Source: a virus. From it: 31,449 nt of DNA. Positions within the stretch are counted from its first letter, which is position 1. Each line of letters begins with the position of its first letter. Shown here in pieces: positions 8,009 to 14,773 of the stretch. Where the stretch lies: IMG/VR virus record IMGVR_UViG_3300000052_000004, positions 1-31,449 of that record. One strand, 5' to 3'. The translations under genes were made by a program, and so were the position numbers. Below the pieces are notes generated by a model that was not told the DNA's origin, ran no database searches, and saw only the letters and a list, made by a program, of their open reading frames with translations.

Positions 8009-8218
8009 ATGACACCAAAAGAGAAGTTAATATTTGAACTTGATAAAATACTTAATCAAATACCAAAAAACTTTGATTTTATTGATTATGTTTTTGTTTG
8101 TTCTAAATCTTTTGAATGTAAAATAATAGCTTATAAAGGAATACAAATATACTTTGATGGCAGAATAAAAGAAAATACTATTTATTACATGGAAAACCCA
8201 TATTTTGATTTTAAATAA
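8009..8218 (+). CDS. hypothetical protein (69 aa, AT-rich)
   Basis: ORF track entry. No motif recognised. Confidence 0.5.
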   Translation: MTPKEKLIFELDKILNQIPKNFDFIDYVFVCSKSFECKIIAYKGIQIYFDGRIKENTIYYMENPYFDFK

Positions 8219-8219
8219 T

Positions 8220-8432
8220 ATGACACCAAAACACTACGACAACCAGCAGCAATACGACGTCATCGACATCATTAAGGACTACGACCTCAACTTTAACGAG
8301 GGAAATGCAGTCAAGTATATCGTAAGGGCAAGACGCAAAGGCGCACACCTTGACGATCTACGCAAAGCAATGCACTACCTTGACCGCGAAATAATACACC
8401 ACGAAACGAAACTAAAATTTAAAAATAAATAA
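8220..8432 (+). CDS. DUF3310-like phage protein
   Basis: MTPKHYDN...DVIDII..Y.LNFNEGNAVKYIVRA.RKG...DL.KA.HYL fits the DUF3310 signature. ATG 8220 lies directly after the upstream stop at 8216-8218. The track start of 8205 is the alternative. Confidence 0.7.
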   Translation: MTPKHYDNQQQYDVIDIIKDYDLNFNEGNAVKYIVRARRKGAHLDDLRKAMHYLDREIIHHETKLKFKNK

Positions 8433-8436
8433 GATT

Positions 8437-8622
8437 ATGATGCAAGGATTAAAAATAATTAATAGAAAATTTGATATTAATTGGGAAAAAGTAGAAACAT
8501 TTGATGATATAAAAATTCTTTTAAAAGCACTTCAAATGCAAGTTTATTTAAATTCAGAAACAATACCAGAACATTTAAAAGAATGTTTTGAAAAAGATTT
8601 ACTTATAGAACAAAACATTTAA
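8437..8622 (+). CDS. hypothetical protein (61 aa, AT-rich)
   Basis: ORF track entry. No motif recognised. Confidence 0.5.
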   Translation: MMQGLKIINRKFDINWEKVETFDDIKILLKALQMQVYLNSETIPEHLKECFEKDLLIEQNI

Positions 8623-8633
8623 AAACGAATAAT

Positions 8634-8873
8634 ATGAAAGAAACAGCAGTAAAATTTTTAGTTTGGAAACTAAATAATATAAAAAGCACATCAACTGACC
8701 AATATAGTAAAATAACATTTTTGGAAAAAGAATTTATTAAATTACTTGATCAGGCAATAGAAATGGAAAAACAGCAGATAATACAATCAAATAGAGATGG
8801 TGTTGATATGATTATAAATGAAAAACATTTTATTTCAGGAGAAAAATACTACAACGAAACATTCAAACAATGA
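8634..8873 (+). CDS. hypothetical protein (79 aa, AT-rich)
   Basis: ORF track entry. Its stop overlaps the next start (ATGA). Confidence 0.5.
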   Translation: MKETAVKFLVWKLNNIKSTSTDQYSKITFLEKEFIKLLDQAIEMEKQQIIQSNRDGVDMIINEKHFISGEKYYNETFKQ

Positions 8874-9061
8874 GAGCAGGCTCTAAAATGTATAAAGGTC
8901 TTGAGGTGCCAATCAACGCACCGATCCACATCAATAAGCAAGGGCGTGAGTTTTATATAAGTGGACTTTGTTACAATACCGCATTTTGCCGTTATATAGA
9001 TACAGGAGAAATAATTGAGATAAAAAGTAGTTTGGTATCGAAATATTTAGTAGGTTTGTAG
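8870..9061 (+). CDS. hypothetical protein (63 aa)
   Basis: ORF track entry. The start could instead be the internal Met at 8888. Confidence 0.45.
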   Translation: MRAGSKMYKGLEVPINAPIHINKQGREFYISGLCYNTAFCRYIDTGEIIEIKSSLVSKYLVGL

Positions 9062-9065
9062 CGAT

Positions 9066-9299
9066 ATGGTAAAACCGCACACTATAAGTACACAAATGTG
9101 GCTTGAACAAGAGGACGATGATCTTGGAATGGGTGGAAGCTTTGTCGAGTTTCGGGTAATGGTTGACGCAATCAACGGCTACTGGGTTGAGAACGAAAGC
9201 GAAATTTGTATCGTAGTGCAAGGGACAGTCTACTATGTCGAAAATAACGAGGCCTTGCTGCTCTTTTTATCGGAGTACTTTAACCCTATGCGGTTATGA
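9066..9299 (+). CDS. hypothetical protein (77 aa)
   Basis: ORF track entry, with an ATGA overlap onto the next gene. Confidence 0.5.
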   Translation: MVKPHTISTQMWLEQEDDDLGMGGSFVEFRVMVDAINGYWVENESEICIVVQGTVYYVENNEALLLFLSEYFNPMRL

Positions 9300-9724
9300 T
9301 ACTGGCAGAGTTAGCCAAAAAGGATGCCCAATGGCGAAAGATGGCTTTCCAAATATGCAAAGACAAGGATTTGGCTGACGAGTTAGTACAAGAAATGTAT
9401 CTTAAATTGTATCAAAATACCAATCTAATAAAAGAAGGGTATATTTATACAGTATTAAGAAACCTATTCTATGACTATACTAAAAGTCAAAAGGATATAA
9501 TAATCGACTTTAGTAATATAGAGATTGAGGACACTGAATACATCGAGCCAGTGGATTACTTTCAACTTATGAAAGGGTTAACTTGGTATGAGCGCACAAT
9601 GTTTGAGCTTTCAACTTTGGTAGGTCAGCGTGAACTCAGCCGACAAACAGGCATACACTTACAAACTATCCATCGAGTTAATAAGATGGTCAAATCTAAA
9701 ATAAATGGCAAAAAGAAGAACTAA
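9296..9724 (+). CDS. ECF-like sigma-70 family RNA polymerase sigma factor
   Basis: Region 2-like segments are DLADELVQEMYLKLYQ and YIYTVLRNLFYDYTKSQK. The region 4-like HTH is LTWYERTMFELSTLVGQRELSRQTGIHLQTIHRVNKMVKSKI. Confidence 0.7.
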   Translation: MILAELAKKDAQWRKMAFQICKDKDLADELVQEMYLKLYQNTNLIKEGYIYTVLRNLFYDYTKSQKDIIIDFSNIEIEDTEYIEPVDYFQLMKGLTWYERTMFELSTLVGQRELSRQTGIHLQTIHRVNKMVKSKINGKKKN

Positions 9725-10079
9725 AAAAGAGATACAAGGCTTAGGCGATGTTATCGCAAACATTACCAACTCAGTTGGTATTGAGCCTTGTCAAGATTGC
9801 AAAGAGCGTCAATTCGGACTCAATCGTTTATTTAACTTCAAAAGAGTTAAAAGCGAGATGTCAGCAGAAGACAAAGAATCGTTTAAAACCTTCCTTGAGC
9901 TTAAAGGGCAACGCGTAATAGATGGAAAACGTACCGAGTTAAACTTTGACGACGTGACCTATTTAAACGCCTTATATCTCAAATACTTTGGTTTAGACAA
10001 TAGCAATTGCCCAACGTGTTCAAAGGTGCATGAGCAAATAATAAAAGACCTCAACAAACTATCGAATTATGGAGGATAA
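9705..10079 (+). CDS. hypothetical protein with two CxxC pairs (zinc-ribbon-like)
   Basis: CQDCKER and CPTCSKVH lie about 80 aa apart. The gene overlaps the sigma gene by 20 nt. Confidence 0.5.
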   Translation: MAKRRTKKEIQGLGDVIANITNSVGIEPCQDCKERQFGLNRLFNFKRVKSEMSAEDKESFKTFLELKGQRVIDGKRTELNFDDVTYLNALYLKYFGLDNSNCPTCSKVHEQIIKDLNKLSNYGG

Positions 10080-10284
10080 CCAATTCGGTCTATTGTGTGA
10101 ATTTTTAGACAAATTAATCGACAACAAACCCGAAGACGTTACTCACAACGAGCTTTGGCTATCTCACAACCTGTATGATATTTTAAAACTCAAGGAATAC
10201 CGCGATTTTAAGATACAAACCGACGAAAATATACCAGTTAACCAAGTAATCATAGGACAATGGCTTACTCCCAGCAACAAATAG
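10069..10284 (+). CDS. hypothetical protein (71 aa)
   Basis: ORF track entry. It overlaps both neighbours. Confidence 0.45.
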   Translation: MEDNQFGLLCEFLDKLIDNKPEDVTHNELWLSHNLYDILKLKEYRDFKIQTDENIPVNQVIIGQWLTPSNK

Positions 10285-10670
10285 ACGACACTTTCGACGA
10301 AATCTTAAGAGAAATAGAGCAAGGAAACTCACTTATCTCGATTTTAAGACGTAAAGAGTTCCCAAGTACTGCTACATTTTATCAGTGGTTGGAAGCAGAC
10401 GAAGACAAAGCAAAAAGATACGTGCGCGCGTGCGAAATCCGAGCTGACGTTATCTTTGAGGACATCATCGACATTGCTGATCACTCCGACGAAGACCATA
10501 CACCCTTTACTGGAGCGAATGTAGTGCAACGTGACCGCTTAAAAATCGACGCTCGCAAATGGATCGTTGCAAAATTGCACCCTAAAAAATACTCCGATAG
10601 AGTATATCAAGACATCACAACGCACCAAGAGCAACCACTATTTCCAGATGTAATTACCGATATTAAATAA
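10260..10670 (+). CDS. terS: terminase small subunit
   Basis: SLISILRRKEFPSTATFYQWL..D...AKRYVRACEIRADVIFEDIIDIAD......VQRDRLKIDARKWIVAKLHPKKYSDR matches the widespread HTH-type small terminase family (..RLrIDaRKW..sKL.PKKYGD.). It lies directly upstream of terL. Confidence 0.75.
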   Translation: MAYSQQQIDDTFDEILREIEQGNSLISILRRKEFPSTATFYQWLEADEDKAKRYVRACEIRADVIFEDIIDIADHSDEDHTPFTGANVVQRDRLKIDARKWIVAKLHPKKYSDRVYQDITTHQEQPLFPDVITDIK

Positions 10671-10676
10671 GAGCTT

Positions 10677-11883
10677 ATGTTTATAAGAACTACAGTAATA
10701 AATAAGGTTCTCCAATTAACCAAATTCACAAAGGGCGTGCAAGGTGGCACGTCCGCTCTATAGTCCCTCTTTATTAAATTAAAGGGGGACAAAAATAGTA
10801 GGAAAAACATTCGGAATCCTTCCAATACTTATTGACTTATGCTGCAAGACCGAACTCCTCGAGATTTCGGTTGTAGCGGAGTCGATACCACACCTCAAAA
10901 GAGGGGCAATAAAAGACTTCAAAAAAATAATGGTGTTAACAGGTCGATGGAATCCACAAAGATGGAACGCGACCGACTTTAAATACACCTTTGCGAACAA
11001 CTCAGCAATCGAATTTTTTAGCGCAGAGAACGACTCAAAACTTAGAGGTGCGCGTCGTGATTATTTGTACATGAACGAGGCCAATAACATGACCTTCCAC
11101 GCTTACACCGAACTCGCCTCACGTACAAAAAAAGGCGTTTATTTGGATTGGAATCCAGTCAATGAGTTTTGGTTTCACACCGATTTAATGAACGACCACG
11201 ACGTCGATTTCTTAATTGTAAACTACGAAGACAACGAGGCTTGCCCCGAATCAGCGCTAAATTTTATTCTCAAAGCAAAAGAGAAAGCCAAGACATCAAC
11301 TTTTTGGGCAAACTGGTATAACGTTTACGGCTTAGGTCAACTCGGCTCACTTGAGGGCGTTGTGTTCCCTAATTGGGAACAAATAGATACAATCCCAGCA
11401 GAGGCAAAATTCTTAGGTTGTGGCCTCGATTTTGGCTACTCAAACGATCCATCGGCTTTGATTGGAGTATACGAGTACAACGGCAAAATAATTGCAGACG
11501 AATTGATTTATTCGACCTCACTTTTGAACTCGGACATCATTCGATTAATGAAACAAGACAAACGCCTTCCGATTTGGGCCGACTCAGCCGAGCCGAAATC
11601 AATTGAGGAGATACGCCGAGCGGGTTTTAACATCAAACCAGTTGTAAAAGGTGCCGACTCAATCAATTTCGGTATATCGGTATTGCAGGAACGTAACTTA
11701 TTAGTTACTAAGCAAAGCACCAACCTAATAAAAGAGCTGCGAAATTACTCTTGGGATACCGACAAAACAGGAAAGCGACTAAATGTCCCAATCGGAGAAT
11801 ACAATCACGCCATCGATGCGATGCGCTACTTTGCAATGATGGGCCTTTCGATAAGAAAATCGCGTAAAGTTATCATAACGTAG
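10677..11883 (+). CDS. terL: terminase large subunit, reading frame interrupted inside Walker A (functional product needs a join such as 10677..10760 + 10801..11883)
   Basis: ATG 10677 gives MFIRTTVINKVLQLTKFTKGVQGGTSAL, then UAG at 10761. The +1 frame, open from 10783, reads GKTFGILPILIDLCCK..ISVVAESIPHLKRGAIKDF and runs into track ORF 10930..11883. That ORF has a Walker B-like RRDYLYMNEA and nuclease-type GLDFGYSNDPSA and NHAIDAMRY. An intact G-x4-GKT exists only after joining. Confidence 0.8.
10761..10800 (+). other. non-coding gap inside terL: UAG stop plus 11-bp hairpin (candidate translational bypass element)
   Basis: Stops occur in all three frames (UAG 10761, UAA 10775, UAA 10780). 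The hairpin pairs 10763-10773 with 10780-10790 around a 6-nt loop. AUAGU is repeated at 10760-10764 and 10795-10799. Confidence 0.6.
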
Positions 11884-11965
11884 TACAAGTGCATGAATTT
11901 TTCCAAATTTTGCACACAAGCGGGTACAAAAAATAAACAAAACAACATTTTTCAGTTATATAAGT

Positions 11966-12658
11966 ATGAGAGTAGTTATTCCAACAAGCTTAAGCGAGAT
12001 AAAATTATCGCAATATTCACGATACCAAAAGGTATTGAAGGACAACCTCGACGACGAGACCTTCGTTTGCATTCAAATGGTAGCGATATTTTGCAACCTA
12101 ACGGTGGCCGATGTAATGAAAATCCCTGTTAATGATTTTACTGATATTATTGAGACTCTTGCAAAAGTTTTGGATCAAAAACCGAAGCTCGTTCGCACGT
12201 TCAAAATGAATGGCGTTCACTACGGATTTATTCCGAATTTTGATAAGATTACACTCGGCGAACACGCAACGATTGACACGCTACTCGGAACTGATGAAAA
12301 TATACCGCTATTAATGTCGGTACTTTATAGACCTATTAAACGTAAAGCAGGCGAATTTTATGAGATTGAGGAATACGATGGCGACGAAAGCAAGGCTGAT
12401 TTTTATAAGGATGTCACAATGGATGTTGTGGTTGGTTCGATGCTTTTTTTTTGGACTTTAAACAAGGAATTGTTGAGCAATACCCTATTGCATTTGGAGG
12501 CCAAAGCAGCGAGGGAGGGACTGAATTTGGAGGAAATTTTGGAGAACGCTGGGGTTGGTATCAAAGCTTTGTTAGATTGTCGCGAGAACTTAGAGTCCAC
12601 GTTCGAGATGTGGGAAAAGAGCCTCTTCATGAATCACTCACGCTACTATCATATTTAA
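11966..12658 (+). CDS. putative tail assembly chaperone (zero-frame product, 230 aa)
   Basis: It contains an internal U9 slippery run with a long open -1 frame, which is the G/GT hallmark of tailed phages. The chaperone assignment rests on that recoding architecture only. Confidence 0.4.
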   Translation: MRVVIPTSLSEIKLSQYSRYQKVLKDNLDDETFVCIQMVAIFCNLTVADVMKIPVNDFTDIIETLAKVLDQKPKLVRTFKMNGVHYGFIPNFDKITLGEHATIDTLLGTDENIPLLMSVLYRPIKRKAGEFYEIEEYDGDESKADFYKDVTMDVVVGSMLFFWTLNKELLSNTLLHLEAKAAREGLNLEEILENAGVGIKALLDCRENLESTFEMWEKSLFMNHSRYYHI

Positions 12659-12708
12659 TAGACGAGTCTTTGGAGGAAGCTAAACAAATTAAAAAACAAA
12701 TGAAATAA
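12445..12708 (+). CDS. -1 frame extension of the 11966 gene (predicted trans-frame product 247 aa)
   Basis: The slippery heptamer U_UUU_UUU (12445-12451) sits inside T9 (12444-12452). The -1 frame is open for 86 codons and its stop TAA 12706-12708 overlaps ATG 12708 of the next gene (TAATG). Confidence 0.4.
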   Translation, partial: FFLDFKQGIVEQYPIAFGGQSSEGGTEFGGNFGERWGWYQSFVRLSRELRVHVRDVGKEPLHESLTLLSYLIDESLEEAKQIKKQMK

Positions 12709-13172
12709 TGCGAACATTTTACCAAGCAATAGACTACATAAAAACCACGCTCGAAAGTGCGCCGCTGCTTAACACAATCACTCAAGGCACGGACATAATC
12801 GACAACGTAAAAAAGAACATATTCCCATTAGCTCACATCAATGTACTCTCGTCAGTCGTTAGTACTGGCGTTGTGACTTTCACTTTTGAGGTGGCGGTGG
12901 TTGACATTCGCAATATGTCAAAGGTGCAAATCAAGGACAAATTTTTAGGCAACGACAACGAACTCGACAACCTAAACACCTGCCACGCGATACTGAATTA
13001 CATGATCACGAAAATGCAGCTCAGACGCAACGAGAACGACATCGAACTTTTGAATGAGCCTAATTTGCAGCCGATATTTATGGCGTTCACAAATGCGCTC
13101 GACGGTTGGAAGTGTGACATTGAGTTGAGCGTTCCAAACGACCAATTCTCAGTTTGTTGCGATGGAAACTAA
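12708..13172 (+). CDS. hypothetical virion protein (possible head-tail/tail-completion protein)
   Basis: 154 aa, assigned from its position in the structural operon only. Confidence 0.35.
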   Translation: MRTFYQAIDYIKTTLESAPLLNTITQGTDIIDNVKKNIFPLAHINVLSSVVSTGVVTFTFEVAVVDIRNMSKVQIKDKFLGNDNELDNLNTCHAILNYMITKMQLRRNENDIELLNEPNLQPIFMAFTNALDGWKCDIELSVPNDQFSVCCDGN

Positions 13173-13692
13173 AATAGTTCAACAGGCCCTTAACGAATTT
13201 GGCGCGTCAGTTGTAGAGCGAGCGCAAGCCAATTTGAAACGAGGGGGCAAATATGGTACACACAACGCAAGCGGTAACCTATCGAGGTCGCTCACGTTTA
13301 AAACAAAGATAAACCCGAACTCGTTAGAGTTTGACTTCTTTGCCGAGTCTTACTGGAAGCTATTGGACTACGGAACAACAGGAAGCCAATCGAGTAGAAA
13401 GGCACCACAATCGCCGTACAAGGCCAGCGCGTCAACAGGTGCGATTGATAAGTGGGTGGTTAGAAAGGGATTGAAAGGCAGCCGAAGTGCAAGCGGCCAA
13501 TTTACAAGCCGCAAATCGATGGTTGCAGCGATAACACGCTCGATAAATAAAACAGGAACACCCGAGACTAAATTTTTTCGCTCGGCATTTGATTTAGAAT
13601 ACCAAAACTTTGACCAAGTTATCGCCGAAAAATACGGCTTAGACTTAGAATCATTTTTAAAATACGTAGTAAATGAAAATATTAAACGTTAG
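13162..13692 (+). CDS. HK97 gp10-like head-tail/tail-completion protein
   Basis: ASGNLSRSLTFK...FFAESYWKLLDYGTTG resembles the HK97 gp10 family signature (tG.LrrSI ... Ya.yvEyGT). Confidence 0.5.
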   Translation: METKIVQQALNEFGASVVERAQANLKRGGKYGTHNASGNLSRSLTFKTKINPNSLEFDFFAESYWKLLDYGTTGSQSSRKAPQSPYKASASTGAIDKWVVRKGLKGSRSASGQFTSRKSMVAAITRSINKTGTPETKFFRSAFDLEYQNFDQVIAEKYGLDLESFLKYVVNENIKR

Positions 13693-14773
13693 AAGCCCCT
13701 ATTTTTTGCGAATCTTAGAATCTACTCAAGTGGCTGCGCAAGTTAAGTTATACATTTGGCATAAAGGCGAAACGCAACCAACCGAGCCTAATTATACCCT
13801 TGAGAAAAAAATCCCTTCGCCAACTCAAAGCATGATTTATTTTAACATCGCGCCATTTATAGCTGAGCAAATCAACCCGATTGACGCCGAGATTGAGATA
13901 GGGCCTCAAGAGGAAAACGACAACGCTTGGGTATATGTGTACGCTGAAACTTACTACCAACTTGCAGGCGATAAAACTTGGATCCCATATCTTGAATATA
14001 ATTTTATAGGCGTTACAGGTTTCACTTCCTACATGGGTGGCTATAATCAGTTAACCGATACAAAAGTTCACTACTTGACAAACGCCGATATCACTTATTA
14101 TTTTGATGAGGTGTTGCCACAAAGCGAAATCCCTTACTATAACGTATTGATTGACCACGATGGAGAGTCGATAACTCGAGCGAATTGGCAGAATTTACGC
14201 ACAACAGGCGTCACTTCGCAAGTGATTTTAGATGATACCGATCCTGCGGACATTTATATGTTTAAAATACCCGCCAAAAATTCAGCTATCTCAGACCATA
14301 GCTTTGGGAATAATGTGTACATCACAACGGACTTGTTTGAGGATGAGTTGCCAAAGGTTAAAATGATGCCAATTTGCGAGGCAAAATATACGCCAGTAGT
14401 GTGCGAGTATTTGAATCGATACGGCGGCTGGCAGTTCCTTACATTTTTCAAAGCTCAAACAAATAGTTTGCAGGTTGAAAACTCGACCTTTCACTTATTG
14501 CCCGATGAGTTAAATTATAACCCGCTGCGCAATCAGTTCCAATCGTTCAATTTCAGCGGTAAGCAATCAGTCACTTTGAACACAGGTTGGGTTTATGAGA
14601 ACTACGCCAATTTAATCAGCGATTTGATGCTGAGCGAAACGGTGCTATTGGATAACAAACCCGTAAACGTGAAGACCAAATCGACTGCGCTTAAGACTCG
14701 CCTCAAAGACAAAAATATCAACTACACTGTTGAATTTGAGTACTCGTATAACCTTATAAACGACGTGATTTAA
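13673..14773 (+). CDS. structural protein, possible distal tail protein (Dit-like)
   Basis: 366 aa, immediately upstream of the Tal-like gene. The call is by position and size only. Confidence 0.3.
   Translation: MKILNVRSPYFLRILESTQVAAQVKLYIWHKGETQPTEPNYTLEKKIPSPTQSMIYFNIAPFIAEQINPIDAEIEIGPQEENDNAWVYVYAETYYQLAGDKTWIPYLEYNFIGVTGFTSYMGGYNQLTDTKVHYLTNADITYYFDEVLPQSEIPYYNVLIDHDGESITRANWQNLRTTGVTSQVILDDTDPADIYMFKIPAKNSAISDHSFGNNVYITTDLFEDELPKVKMMPICEAKYTPVVCEYLNRYGGWQFLTFFKAQTNSLQVENSTFHLLPDELNYNPLRNQFQSFNFSGKQSVTLNTGWVYENYANLISDLMLSETVLLDNKPVNVKTKSTALKTRLKDKNINYTVEFEYSYNLINDVI

Noticed and set aside
10758-10800. A group I/II intron, an intein, or a transposon with target-site duplication as the explanation for the terL interruption.
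   Set aside because: 43 nt is far too short for a self-splicing intron. An intein would be in frame and much larger. Deleting the segment between the AUAGU repeats leaves the UAG and does not restore the frame. A degenerate hairpin insertion that makes terL a pseudogene cannot be fully excluded and is listed as the refutation case.
10740-10810. A simple +1 or -1 ribosomal frameshift joining the two terL frames.
   Set aside because: All three frames contain a stop between the halves (UAG 10761, UAA 10775, UAA 10780), so one slip cannot produce a continuous product.
10930-11883. The track ORF 10930..11883 (317 aa, ATG start) taken as the complete terminase large subunit.
   Set aside because: It would lack any Walker A motif. 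The same frame is open and clearly terminase-like for 49 more codons upstream (GKTFGILPIL... from 10801). The rest of the P-loop and the N-terminus lie in the 10677 frame directly after terS.
11893-12132. The + strand ORF 11893..12132 (79 aa) between terL and the next gene.
   Set aside because: It overlaps the better-supported 11966..12658 ORF in another frame and has an Arg/Asn/Lys-rich, low-complexity sequence. It is most likely non-coding leader plus a shadow frame.
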